From Candidatus Babeliales bacterium (lineage in GTDB: Bacteria > Babelota > Babeliae > Babelales > Vermiphilaceae), in the NCBI GenBank assembly GCA_963743635.1, contig CAVUQO010000003.1, positions 224,001 through 288,000 on the forward strand: a DNA stretch of 64,000 nucleotides, given 5' to 3'. Of this stretch, positions 1 to 12,917 are shown piece after piece (the first letter of the stretch is position 1; every line of letters begins with the position of its first letter). The position numbers and the translations under genes are program-made. Under the pieces are notes generated by a model. That model ran no database searches, was not told where the DNA came from, and saw only the letters and a program-made list of their open reading frames with translations.

Positions 1-330
1 CGCTGGGGCAGGCAAGGCGGCTTGGTCAGAATTTATCGCCCTTAATAAGGCGGCAAATCCGAACAATATTGGGGGTTGCGTATTATGAGATACTTGATTT
101 TGATTGCGGTCATTGATATTTGCTAATAATGCGGCAACACCAGGAAGCCTTGCGGGCTCTGTGGCGTTAGGAGCAATTGCATCGTCATCTTCATCGATAA
201 CGGCAGAAGATCGTTTTTGACCAGTTATTGTTCGTATATTTATGTTTTTAGACTGATCTTGATCCATTGCGAACACGCCCATAAAAGAGCAGCTCAGAAT
301 CAGCGCTAAAAAAATTGATGAGTTTTTCAT
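1..330 (-). CDS. 5' part (runs off window start) of a secreted paralog of the C2H2 zinc-finger protein at 608-3571
   Basis: ATG at 330 reads MKNSSIFLALILSCSFMGVFAMDQDQSKN..., near-identical to the N-terminus of 608..3571. Not in the ORF track because it is truncated by the window. Confidence 0.85.
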   Translation of the reverse strand, partial: MKNSSIFLALILSCSFMGVFAMDQDQSKNINIRTITGQKRSSAVIDEDDDAIAPNATEPARLPGVAALLANINDRNQNQVSHNTQPPILFGFAALLRAINSDQAALPAPA

Positions 331-607
331 ATAATTACCCCCTTTTGGCTAGATATTATTTCTATCTGTCTATATATAAGTATAGCTATTTTTGGAAGCT
401 TTGCAACCCCTCTTGTTGCCCTGAAATAGCCTGTTTTGCTGTAAATTATTTGCTTTTTGGGGCATCTTAATACACTAGGTGGGGATTCAGATAGAAAAAT
501 ATGGGGGCGCAAATAGAGCAGCTCTGTGGCGTTAGGAGTAGGGGGGTTTTATCCAGTGCAGGTTCAGCCCTGGTTAGTGTACCTATTCGAGGGGGGTGCG
601 AGTGTAG

Positions 608-3571
<2,964 letters not shown>

Positions 3572-3849
3572 ATAATTACCCCCTTTTGGCTAGATATTAT
3601 TTCTATCTGTCTATATATAAGTATAGCTATTTTTGGAAGCTTTGCAACCCCTCTTGTTGCCCTGAAATAGCCTGTTTTGCTGTAAATTATTTGCTTTTTG
3701 GGGCATCTTAATACACTAGGTGGGGATTCAGATAGAAAAATATGGGGGCGCAAATAGAGCAGCTCTGTGGCGTTAGGAGTAGGGGGGTTTTATCCAGTGC
3801 AGGTTCAGCCCTGGTTAGTGTACCTATTGGAGGGGGGGTGCGAGTGTAG

Positions 3850-4689
3850 CTAGTTGGGGTTAGCTATAGCAGTAGTGGGTTCTGTGGCCATAGGTCTGTA
3901 TTTACACGTTTTTTCATGCGTGTTGCGCGCATCTGATCGAGGAAAAAGTTCACCACAACCAGCGAAATTGCATGTATACGGCTTCTCACCGGTGTGTTTT
4001 CTGATGTGGGTTGCTAGATTGCTTTCTCGTGCGAATTTACGGTGACAGAATGAACATTCGGCCATCGGCTCGCCAGTATGGATTTTTTTGTGCAACTCAA
4101 GATCTGAGTTGCGTGCAAATGATTTGCCACAATTTTGATGATCGCATACGTAAGGTTTTTCGTCAGCATGAGTTCTTATATGACTCCTCAAATGGCCTAC
4201 CTGCCTAAAGCTTTTGCCACAACCTTCCTCTTCGCAGAGAAATGGGCGCTCGCCGCTATGAATGAGTTTGTGCTGTTTTAATCCGGTAGAAGAACTGAAT
4301 GATTTGCCGCATCCGGGTTCATCGCAGACATATTTCTTGATAACCACAGGAATCGTAGTGGCGGCAGGAGCAGCTTGATGGGTTGTTTTTGGCGCTTGGA
4401 TTGATAATAAGATTGTTGCAACGTCAAGTTCGTGACGATGGCCTTCATCTTTTTTAGATGATGAAGGTGGCGATTCGTCATCATCGCCATCATCATCGTC
4501 GTCATGATCTTCCTTACCTTGGATCATTAGTTTCATTTTTTTTGGAAGAGGAGGATTGATGTCGTGACCCTCTTCATGATCTATCGATAAAGACCCATTA
4601 GTCATCATGCATTTTAATTCCCGGGATGACATTGAAAAGCTCGTTTGAGTCCAGACCAGCAACAGTATGATAATTATCAGATGGCGCAT
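3850..4689 (-). CDS. Secreted C2H2 zinc-finger protein (5 fingers)
   Basis: Signal peptide, acidic tract and PKKMK basic patch. The C-terminal 5 fingers are nearly identical to the last 5 fingers of 608..3571. Confidence 0.93.
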   Translation of the reverse strand: MRHLIIIILLLVWTQTSFSMSSRELKCMMTNGSLSIDHEEGHDINPPLPKKMKLMIQGKEDHDDDDDGDDDESPPSSSKKDEGHRHELDVATILLSIQAPKTTHQAAPAATTIPVVIKKYVCDEPGCGKSFSSSTGLKQHKLIHSGERPFLCEEEGCGKSFRQVGHLRSHIRTHADEKPYVCDHQNCGKSFARNSDLELHKKIHTGEPMAECSFCHRKFARESNLATHIRKHTGEKPYTCNFAGCGELFPRSDARNTHEKTCKYRPMATEPTTAIANPN

Positions 4690-4826
4690 GATTATTCTTC
4701 TATCTCAGGGAATTGTTTTACATAATGTCACTTAAGCAGTGTAAATATTTAACGATTTATTGCAATAATGAGGCCTGATTGCGTATATTTGTATTCTACG
4801 CGGGGACCTTTAATGGGAGCAGTGAC

Positions 4827-5324
4827 ATGCAATGGCGTTCTGGTTTTATGATGATCGAGGTGCTAGTTGCTCTAGCATTAGTTTTACTCTTGGCAGGCAT
4901 TACGTGCGCTCATATCGGGAATTATCGGTATATCTGTATCAAGCAACAAGTATCTTGTTTTGCACTCGCATGGCATCAACTTCAGCAGCGGGCCATGGCG
5001 CGCAATAAAACTCAGGCAATGCTGCTCGATGAGTTGGGTAATCGGTATTTTTGCAATGATCAATGGTATGATTTACCCACTGATATTCGATTTGGGTTTT
5101 TGCCTGAAGCGAAAGGTCCGCCCTCGAATCCGAGTGCGACCATTCGTTCTGCGATTACATTCGTTGATAAAAGAGTAGTTTGTTTTCCCGATGGTACGAT
5201 TCAGGCGGGAACGGTGTATCTCGTCGATGACAAAAAAAGTTGTATGTACGCCTTAACGAGCGGCGTATCAGCAGTATCATTCTTACGTAAATATCGTTAT
5301 GATGGTAAGTGGCATGGGTATTAA
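4827..5324 (+). CDS. Prepilin-type N-terminal cleavage/methylation protein (GspH/FimT-like)
   Basis: G|FMMIEVLVALALV class III signal followed by a hydrophobic helix; ATG at 4827 preferred as start. Confidence 0.8.
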   Translation: MQWRSGFMMIEVLVALALVLLLAGITCAHIGNYRYICIKQQVSCFALAWHQLQQRAMARNKTQAMLLDELGNRYFCNDQWYDLPTDIRFGFLPEAKGPPSNPSATIRSAITFVDKRVVCFPDGTIQAGTVYLVDDKKSCMYALTSGVSAVSFLRKYRYDGKWHGY

Positions 5325-5353
5325 GATATACCCCTTTTTGATAGGGTTTTAGG

Positions 5354-8098
5354 GTGATTCGTCAAATTCTTATTGCATTAGGTATAGGGTGCTTGGTTAC
5401 GGTCTGGTCCATGCAGAATGATGACCGTGTGCAGCGTTATATCGGAACGCAATTTAAACAAATTTTTGAAAGCGCAATCGGTTGTACGTTTGAAGGTACG
5501 GTAGAGCGTGTGCGCTTTTTTTCTCCGCTCCTTAGTTTCTCCAATGTGCGGGTTTCCAGCCCTGATAACAATGAAGGATGGTCATGGGGCGCAAAGCGTT
5601 TTACAGTGACCTGCTCATGGTGGTATCTCATTATGTATCGTGCTGCTGATTTGCGCGTTATCTTAGAAGATTTTGAAGGAACATCTGACACGCGTGACGG
5701 TGGGATTGCCATAGGCGCTCATATGAATAAAGTTTTTATGGGGCTTAAACTTGGTCTACCCATAGAGCTCAAATCGGTGACGTTCTCGCGCGCTACTTTT
5801 TCCCTTGATGATGCAGAGCATCAGATGGAAGCTCGTTTTGTGTGGCAAAGCGAATTGAAGAAGATGGGCGGACGTATAAAAACGACTGGTTATCTCATTG
5901 ATGGGGCTGTGAAGGTAGGAAATCGTGTAATTTTTGAGTCATTAAAAGGTTCATTGCTTGCTGATCTTGGCAAGCAAGAAGATGGCACGTTAGATACTAT
6001 TTTGCATGCAGACTGCTCCATTGAATTGCCCTATTTGCCTAAAAATGTGCGTCAAACATTTATCGCTGGATCTTGGACAGGAACGCGCGGCAGTTTTTGT
6101 TTGAAAAATGTGCATGAGCAGGTTGTGGTTGATCCAATTCAACTTTTTTACGATGGAAAGCGCGCTCGATGCTCAATGCGTGGATCAGTGCCGCTTGCGT
6201 CGGTATGGCGTTTTGTGCATGACAATGTATCGAAAGATGAGTTGAGTGGGAATTGTTCTGTGTCGTGTGACATGCGGTATGAGGATGATGAATGTGCGGT
6301 AACGGGACGCATTTCGGTGGATGATTGTGCCTATAAAAATCGTGTTCTTGGATCGGGAGTAGTTACCTATGCGCGAGAGCAGGGTGAATGGAAAGGTAAT
6401 ATTCAAGTAAATCGAGATGCGTGGTATGGCCTTAAAGGAATGTGGCATTGGCAGGAAGCTACGAGCACTGGATCTTTGAGGGTTGCTAATACTGAAATAA
6501 TGCAGATACCGCAATTTGAACGTCTTTTAATTAAGCCAGGGTTATTTCAATGTATGCTCAACCTTGATGCCGCAAGGCATCTTTCAGGAAGTTATAAAGC
6601 CTCAGTCAGTTCATTGTGGCATGATACGACGATAGAATGCGAAGGTAGCTTGGAAGGCGATCAAACACATATCATGAGTAAGGGCACGATACAGCAAAAT
6701 CCGTATCAATGTATGGTGCAAATAGAGCCCACGATGCAACTTTCTTCATTCTCTTATGATGACCAATCCGGTGTATCGCTTGCGCGAATCGGAGCTGATC
6801 CGGTTGACCCTGCGGTTACGCACGCAGTTATTGGATTGCCCTTTATACGCACTCTATTAGAGCAGATGTATCAAACATGGCCTGCGCAGGTAGAAGGTTC
6901 TCTTGCAGCATCTATTAAACAACAATCAGATGGCATTGTTATTTCGGCGACCATGGTAGATGCATTGATGCGGTTGCCGCAAACGTATAACGTCATTCGT
7001 GATGCTAAATTTGGAATGCATATCAATACTGATGCGCATATTATAACGATCAACGATCTAGTCTGCCAATTTCATGAGGGTCGTATAGCAGTTAATCGTG
7101 CGGTAGTTCATTATGATGACAAGCAGACTCTTACTTTCATGCATGTACCAATTGTCATTGATGCATTGATGCTCAATATGGAGCAAGGTTTTCTAGCAGA
7201 AGTTTCTGGCTATGCCTTGTTGAGCAAGCAGCCTTTAAGTCCAGCGCATGTATCGGCAAACATTATCATTGATCGAGCGCACATAAAAGAAAATCTGCTT
7301 TCGGGCACGTTTCATAAAAATTTATTGCGGTATACCGGAAGCCCGTTTCAATCATATCATGCGGATACCACGTGTGACATCAAGGTAACGTCGCGGGTTC
7401 CGGTGCGCGTAAAAACACCATTTTTAGAAACCGCGGTGCGCGTGAATGTAAATATTAAAAATAATTTTAAAGATCCAAATGTTAGTGGATCGCTTGATTT
7501 ATTATCTGGCTTTTTAGCATTTCCTTATCGACCACTCTATATTACTAAAGGCACGATATACTTCCTTCCGCATCAGCTTTCCGACCCCTCGATTGAATTA
7601 ATCGCAAAAAATAAAATTAAAAAATATAACGTTGAATTACAAGTGAGCGGCTCATTGCAGAATCATCAGATCGCACTTAACGCAACGCCGTCGCTGACAG
7701 AAGAGCAAACTGTTGCATTATTATTGGTCGGCTCAGAAGAAGAATCATTGAACGTGGTGATGCCCGCATTGATCATGCAAAACTTACAGACGGTGATCTT
7801 TGGCTATGATCAGTCATCGCGCACGGTCGATAAAGTATTTACCAATTTATTGAAACCGTTTAACCGTATTCACGTCGTGCCAAGTTTTAGTGATAAAACA
7901 GGGCGTGGTGGATTGCGAGGCGCAATTGAAATTGACGTGAATGATCGATGGCGTGCGCTCATACAAAAAAACTTTAGTTTAACTGAAGATACTCGTTTAG
8001 AAGTGGAGTATTTGGTATCTGATGAGATCAGTGTCCGCGGCGTGGCGAATGAACGGCATGATGTGGGTGGAGAGGTTGAGATGCGATTGAAATTCTAA
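5354..8098 (+). CDS. TamB/AsmA-like translocation and assembly module protein
   Basis: N-terminal membrane anchor and long beta-rich body. The C-terminus (GTIYF...DPSIELIA...VELQVSGS...ATPSLTEEQTVALLLVG...VEYLVSD) resembles DUF490. Confidence 0.75.
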   Translation: MIRQILIALGIGCLVTVWSMQNDDRVQRYIGTQFKQIFESAIGCTFEGTVERVRFFSPLLSFSNVRVSSPDNNEGWSWGAKRFTVTCSWWYLIMYRAADLRVILEDFEGTSDTRDGGIAIGAHMNKVFMGLKLGLPIELKSVTFSRATFSLDDAEHQMEARFVWQSELKKMGGRIKTTGYLIDGAVKVGNRVIFESLKGSLLADLGKQEDGTLDTILHADCSIELPYLPKNVRQTFIAGSWTGTRGSFCLKNVHEQVVVDPIQLFYDGKRARCSMRGSVPLASVWRFVHDNVSKDELSGNCSVSCDMRYEDDECAVTGRISVDDCAYKNRVLGSGVVTYAREQGEWKGNIQVNRDAWYGLKGMWHWQEATSTGSLRVANTEIMQIPQFERLLIKPGLFQCMLNLDAARHLSGSYKASVSSLWHDTTIECEGSLEGDQTHIMSKGTIQQNPYQCMVQIEPTMQLSSFSYDDQSGVSLARIGADPVDPAVTHAVIGLPFIRTLLEQMYQTWPAQVEGSLAASIKQQSDGIVISATMVDALMRLPQTYNVIRDAKFGMHINTDAHIITINDLVCQFHEGRIAVNRAVVHYDDKQTLTFMHVPIVIDALMLNMEQGFLAEVSGYALLSKQPLSPAHVSANIIIDRAHIKENLLSGTFHKNLLRYTGSPFQSYHADTTCDIKVTSRVPVRVKTPFLETAVRVNVNIKNNFKDPNVSGSLDLLSGFLAFPYRPLYITKGTIYFLPHQLSDPSIELIAKNKIKKYNVELQVSGSLQNHQIALNATPSLTEEQTVALLLVGSEEESLNVVMPALIMQNLQTVIFGYDQSSRTVDKVFTNLLKPFNRIHVVPSFSDKTGRGGLRGAIEIDVNDRWRALIQKNFSLTEDTRLEVEYLVSDEISVRGVANERHDVGGEVEMRLKF

Positions 8099-8138
8099 CC
8101 CTTCGTTACATGCGTACCGCATTACTCAGGATGAGCGG
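8099..8138 (+). repeat. REP-like palindrome, family A (CCCTTCG-hairpin-CTCAGGRYGARCGG)
   Basis: cccttcgttacatgcgtaccgcattactcaggatgagcgg immediately after the stop codon; the same flanks recur at many sites in the window. Confidence 0.8.
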
Positions 8139-8191
8139 AATTTTATCTTAAGGAAGAGATGTACTAAAGTACTTTAAAAAAAGGAGTAGGA

Positions 8192-8875
8192 ATGAAACGT
8201 ATTTTTTGGAGTGTTGCACTGAGTGCGACGATAATAAGCGGCAGTTGCCGGTGTGCTGATACGTTTGGTACAACTCATTTTATTGTTGGCATGCCGCGTG
8301 AAGAATATAAGCAGTATCAACAAGGATCAATCAAAAGAGACGTCAAAGGGGGTGTTCATTCCCGTCCCCTGCATAAAATTCTTTTTTCACCCGATGATGA
8401 TATTCATGGAGAGCTGCTCCGTTTAATTCAAGACGAGTTAGATAGTATTAAGCTCGCCATGTATCTTTTTACCGATAAAGAAGTATCGCAGGCATTGCGT
8501 GAAGCGCAACTGCGGGGCGTTTGTGTTGAGTGCGTAACCGATGCTTCGTGTATTGCCAATAGAGCAAACAAGATGGATGAACTTGCCGCATTTAATATTC
8601 CAGTCTGGGTCTACCGCGCAGCGAATGGAAGTCAATCGATGGGTAATGCGATGCATCATAAATTCATGGTGTTTGGATCACGCAAGGGTGGACCATCATG
8701 TAAAGTGGTAACCGGATCGCTCAATATTACTAACTCGGCGCAAAAGAGTAATCAAGAAAATATTGTGGTGCTGTGTGATGAGCATTCAGTCGCAACATTT
8801 GATGCGCAATTTGAGAAATTAAAAACGCGATGTTCGCGCTTGATACCGCAGAAAAACATCGCGCACGTCAAATGA
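8192..8875 (+). CDS. Phospholipase D/Nuc-family single-domain protein
   Basis: FSP...IKLAMYLFT...MHHKFMV...VVTGSLNIT...NQEN motifs; signal peptide. Confidence 0.85.
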   Translation: MKRIFWSVALSATIISGSCRCADTFGTTHFIVGMPREEYKQYQQGSIKRDVKGGVHSRPLHKILFSPDDDIHGELLRLIQDELDSIKLAMYLFTDKEVSQALREAQLRGVCVECVTDASCIANRANKMDELAAFNIPVWVYRAANGSQSMGNAMHHKFMVFGSRKGGPSCKVVTGSLNITNSAQKSNQENIVVLCDEHSVATFDAQFEKLKTRCSRLIPQKNIAHVK

Positions 8876-9029
8876 TGATTGCGAGCTAAGGTAAGAACCT
8901 AGCTATACGCTTCACTACTACAATTCCTTCTTAGCTCGGGACATAAGGCTATTGATCTTTACAAAAAATGCAAGTTCTTCGTTGCAGGTCCCTTGATAAA
9001 TTCAGGAGTATTATTGGTATACGTGCGGT

Positions 9030-10004
9030 TTAATTCTTTTTAAGAGATGTGATAAGTGCCTTAAAATCAGCAGGAGCTTCATGAGAGAACTCATGCTGTA
9101 CGCCTTCAAATTTGAATGTAAGCGCTTGGGCGTGGAGCGCGTGGCGCTTAATGCGATGTGACGCGCGTCCATAGACAGCATCACTCACAATGGCATGTCC
9201 GATTGCGGCAAAATGAACACGGATTTGATGTGTTCTGCCGGTCACTGGTTTGACCTCGACTAAGCTATGATCATTAAAATATTCAAGAACTTTATAGTGA
9301 GTCGTTGCAGTGCGAATGGCGTCGCTTTTTCCGGATGCGCTGTAAGGAAACGTTGCCATTCTTGTTGGATTGCGTGGATCGCGGCCGATGGGAAAATCAA
9401 TGACTCCCATTTTCTGTGGATGGCCATGAACGATGGCAAGGTACGTTTTTTTAATGCTACGATTTTGGAACATTTCTCCAAATGCGTTATGCGCATGATT
9501 GGTACGAGGAATGATCATAATGCCAGAGGTGTCTTTATCAAGGCGATGGACGATGCCCGGACGGTCAATGGCCCCAACCGACGCAATTTCAGCGTGATTG
9601 GTTAAAATCCAGTCAACCAGGGTTGGCAGGGTGCTATGAGAGGCTGGAGAATGCACAATGAGCCCCGCAGGCTTGAAGACCACCATGAAGTGCTCGTGTT
9701 GCGCGATAATTTCGACCTCACGATGCTTTTCGGTCAGAGTATGAGCGCTTGTCTGTCGCTCAGGAGGAAATTGCACAGTAACCACATCCTGTACGCGTAG
9801 AGCGGTACTCGATTTGCTGGTAGGCTTACCATTAATGGAAACCAGGCCATCATCAATAACGCGTTGAAAGAAACTGCGCGAATACAACGGGAATTGCTGG
9901 GCAATATAATGATCAAGTCGCTTATTGACCGCTTCCTGTGGTATGGTGAACGAAAATGTGCTGTTTGGTGTGATGAGGCTGGTGTGCTCCATTGGATCTT
10001 CCAT
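9030..10004 (-). CDS. rluD: RluA-family pseudouridine synthase with S4 domain (RluD-like)
   Basis: RLDHY S4 domain, KPAGLIVH, RPGIVHRLDKDTSG, TGRTHQIRVH, ALHA. Confidence 0.9.
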   Translation of the reverse strand: MEDPMEHTSLITPNSTFSFTIPQEAVNKRLDHYIAQQFPLYSRSFFQRVIDDGLVSINGKPTSKSSTALRVQDVVTVQFPPERQTSAHTLTEKHREVEIIAQHEHFMVVFKPAGLIVHSPASHSTLPTLVDWILTNHAEIASVGAIDRPGIVHRLDKDTSGIMIIPRTNHAHNAFGEMFQNRSIKKTYLAIVHGHPQKMGVIDFPIGRDPRNPTRMATFPYSASGKSDAIRTATTHYKVLEYFNDHSLVEVKPVTGRTHQIRVHFAAIGHAIVSDAVYGRASHRIKRHALHAQALTFKFEGVQHEFSHEAPADFKALITSLKKN

Positions 10005-10181
10005 GTGAGTGTGAGATATCTATATAAATATACTAGATTATAGTGGGCTAAAGTCAACTGGCCAATACAAATAGACAATATAGGTTTAATAGGATACTAT
10101 AGAAGTGAACCCTATCAATGCCAAACTCATGTAAATAGGTATCTCAAACAGGCTGTTTTACATGCTGAGGGAGGAATAATT

Positions 10182-11540
10182 ATGAATACGAAGAATATTT
10201 TAGATCAAGTACGTGAAAATCTTGCCACCGTTATTGCGCAGGACTCTGCTCGGGGGGCAGCCCTCTGGAGAGAACTTACTTCTTTGCATGCGGCCGATAT
10301 CGCTGATTTTTTGACCCATCTTTCGCGGGAACAGTTCGCCCAAATTTTTCAGCAGTTTTCGATCAATCAAAAATATGGAGTTTTTGAAGAACTTTCAGAT
10401 CCTATGAAGCTCTATAGCCTTTCTTGCATGACGGATGTGGAGGCGATTGAGCTGCTTAATACCTTGCCCGCTGATGAGCTGACCGACTTATTTGATCTTC
10501 TTCCTGAAGAGCAACTGAAAAAATATTTGAGCTTACTGCGCAAAGATGTACAGACTCGCGTTCTTTCGTTGTTGAAATTCCATCCTGAATCGGCTGGCGG
10601 TATTATGAATACTGAAGCGCTGTCATTGCTTGAAAATATGACCGTTTCTCAATGCATCGGCATCATCAAACGACTGCATTCTATGCGTGATGTGTATCAA
10701 TTTCTCTACGTTACCGATCGAGGTAATCGCTTGGTTGGGTACGTCACCTTAGAAGACTTGTTACTTCAGGAATCAGAAGCACGCATTGGATCTTTTATGA
10801 AAGAAAACGAATTGGTAGTGGATGCGCAGGAAGACCGAGAATCAGTAGCTAAAAAAATGGTTCACTATGGATTAGCAACAGCGCCGGTTGTCGATGAAGC
10901 GCATCATTTTTTAGGCATCATTCCCAGTTTGACCTTGGTTGACGTTTTGGTAGAAGAGGCGAGTGAAGACGTGCAAAAGATGTCTGCATTGGCTCCGATG
11001 AAAGAATCTTATTTTGATACCTCGTTCATGCGCTTACTCTATGAGCGAACCCGGATTTTGATTGTACTCTTGATTGCCGGCTCATTTACGACGACAATCA
11101 TGCGCGCCTATGACGCAACACTGCAAGTCGGTTTTCTGCTGTACTTTGCCGGGATGCTGACCAGTACCGGGGGTAACACGAGTAGTCAGACATCCGCGAT
11201 GGTTATTCAAGGTTTGGCCTTGGGCGATATTCAGCCGGCAAATATGTTTAGATTTTTACGGCGTGAATTTTTAATGGCTTGCATGATAGGCATTATCCTT
11301 GCGGTGACCGCATTTTTACGGGTTTATTACACAACGTTTGACGTGCGTGAAGCATCGATCATAAGTGTCTCAATAGGGCTTATAGTCGTGGTTTCAGTGG
11401 TATTTGGCAGCTGTATTCCATTGGTGCTTCGCCGCTTCAATATTGACCCTGCTTTTTCGGCTGGACCATTTCTTGCAACGCTCATGGATATTCTCGGGGC
11501 GCTCATTTTTTGCTTTGTTGCACGATTAATTTTGAATTAA
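10182..11540 (+). CDS. mgtE: Magnesium transporter MgtE
   Basis: HAADIA N-domain, ESAGGIM, CBS pair, GGNTSSQT, DPAFSAGPFLATLMD. Confidence 0.95.
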   Translation: MNTKNILDQVRENLATVIAQDSARGAALWRELTSLHAADIADFLTHLSREQFAQIFQQFSINQKYGVFEELSDPMKLYSLSCMTDVEAIELLNTLPADELTDLFDLLPEEQLKKYLSLLRKDVQTRVLSLLKFHPESAGGIMNTEALSLLENMTVSQCIGIIKRLHSMRDVYQFLYVTDRGNRLVGYVTLEDLLLQESEARIGSFMKENELVVDAQEDRESVAKKMVHYGLATAPVVDEAHHFLGIIPSLTLVDVLVEEASEDVQKMSALAPMKESYFDTSFMRLLYERTRILIVLLIAGSFTTTIMRAYDATLQVGFLLYFAGMLTSTGGNTSSQTSAMVIQGLALGDIQPANMFRFLRREFLMACMIGIILAVTAFLRVYYTTFDVREASIISVSIGLIVVVSVVFGSCIPLVLRRFNIDPAFSAGPFLATLMDILGALIFCFVARLILN

Positions 11541-11677
11541 TAAGCTTTTTTCTTGACAAAAAGCCCGTTAACTTATACCTTTTAAGCGTATTCTCTTTGA
11601 TTGCTTCCTTAAGCTATTGTTTGTGAGTTATTGCAAACATAAAAAATTTAAGATTTTACAGAATAGAAATTTGTTAT

Positions 11678-11753
11678 GAGCCGCTAGCTCAGTCGGTAGA
11701 GCAACAGCCTTTTAAGCTGTGGGTGGTTGGTTCGATTCCAACGCGGCTCACCA
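11678..11753 (+). tRNA. tRNA-Lys (anticodon TTT)
   Basis: GAGCCGC/GCGGCTC acceptor stem, ACAGC-CTTTTAA-GCTGT anticodon arm, GGTTCGATTCC T-loop, encoded CCA. Confidence 0.97.
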
Positions 11754-11825
11754 TTCATTTTTATACCCTACGAATTAAGCGCTACGCTTACGAGGAGTGG
11801 AAAATGAATGGCAGGCAAACCCATT
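11751..11825 (+). repeat. Hairpin element fused to the tRNA-Lys 3' end
   Basis: CCATTCATTTT...AAAATGAATGG inverted repeat followed by CAGGC; similar to 11966-12040. Confidence 0.7.
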
Positions 11826-11891
11826 AAGTTCAAGAGCTCTGAGTTCGAAACGATATGGCTGTGCCGTTACACAAACATTCTCTCTTTGATA

Positions 11892-11969
11892 GTCCCCATC
11901 GTCTAGCCTGGTCTAGGACACCGCCCTTTCACGGCGGTAACAGGGGTTCGAATCCCCTTGGGGACGCCA
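11892..11969 (+). tRNA. tRNA-Glu (anticodon TTC)
   Basis: GTCCCCA/TGGGGAC acceptor stem, CCGCC-CTTTCAC-GGCGG anticodon arm, GGTTCGAATCC, encoded CCA. Confidence 0.97.
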
Positions 11970-12040
11970 GTCATTTTTATCAGCTTCGAATAAAGCTTTG
12001 TGCTTACGAGGATTGAAAAATGCCTGGCTGGCCAATCATT
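11966..12040 (+). repeat. Hairpin element fused to the tRNA-Glu 3' end
   Basis: GCCAGtCATTTTT...AAAAATGcCTGGC inverted repeat followed by TGGCC; shares GCTTACGAGGA with the tRNA-Lys element. Confidence 0.7.
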
Positions 12041-12092
12041 CTAAGGAAAATCATTATCGCCAACGTGTGTTGGAATGATATCAAGGTCTAAT

Positions 12093-12353
12093 ATGTTTTA
12101 TGTCTATTATCTCAGATCAAAAGCATTTCCCAATAAAACCTACGTGGGGTTTACTTCCGATTTAAAGCAAAGATTGTTAGATCATAACGCTGGCAAATCT
12201 GTCTATACCAAACTTTTAAAGCCATGGGCATTGGTAGGTTTTTTAGGATTTGATCAAGAAGCTAAGGCAGCAAAGTTTGAAGGCTATTTAAAATCCAGTG
12301 CGGGTAGGATATTTTTACGTAGATACTTTGCAGATAATAATAATCATGTTTAG
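12093..12353 (+). CDS. Small GIY-YIG nuclease family protein
   Basis: FYVYYL...TYVGFT.DL..RL..HN.G...T....PW...A.KFE.YLKS pattern. Confidence 0.92.
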   Translation: MFYVYYLRSKAFPNKTYVGFTSDLKQRLLDHNAGKSVYTKLLKPWALVGFLGFDQEAKAAKFEGYLKSSAGRIFLRRYFADNNNHV

Positions 12354-12364
12354 TGGTGAATAGA

Positions 12365-12883
12365 ATGAAACTACATATTTCACTATTTCTGATATTAATC
12401 TCTCTATCATCTCATCTTTACACATCCTCAGACAATTGTTGTTTCGAACATCGCCAAGTGAGTGCTGATTCTGCGCAGCATGAGGTTCAAATAAAATACT
12501 TCGTAAATAAGCAGCATGTGGGATCTATATCTTTCGCTAAAGTGCCGTTTATCAATGCATATGCATTGCATAGCCTGTATGTGTATCCAGAATATAGAAA
12601 TAAAGGGTATGGCACACAGTTGCTCAATCATGCATGCGATTATCTAAAATCAATCGATGCGGAGAATATCTATATTCAGCCTGGCCCCTTTGAAGTTGAT
12701 GAAGATGGGCATCTTGATAGATCTCTCGATTCACGTGAGTCAAAGTTACAACGGCTTGTCGCATTATATACAAAGAATCAGTTTCATTTTACGCCAAAAT
12801 GGGCAACGCCAATTATTTGGTTACTTTATAAAGCCATGCGTATTGATGAAAACGCAGAGTATTTAATGGTAAAAAAGCTATAA
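12365..12883 (+). CDS. GNAT acetyltransferase with signal peptide
   Basis: LYVYPEYRNKGYGTQLL acetyl-CoA motif A; paralog of 15361..15951. Confidence 0.88.
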   Translation: MKLHISLFLILISLSSHLYTSSDNCCFEHRQVSADSAQHEVQIKYFVNKQHVGSISFAKVPFINAYALHSLYVYPEYRNKGYGTQLLNHACDYLKSIDAENIYIQPGPFEVDEDGHLDRSLDSRESKLQRLVALYTKNQFHFTPKWATPIIWLLYKAMRIDENAEYLMVKKL

Positions 12884-12917
12884 TAATATCAAAAGAAAAT
12901 TATAGGGAAGAAAATAA

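Noticed and set aside
327..512. Identical 61-aa ORFs at 327-512 and 3568-3753
   Set aside because: Identity comes from the DNA duplication. They have a non-ATG start and occupy the likely promoter region of the ZF genes.
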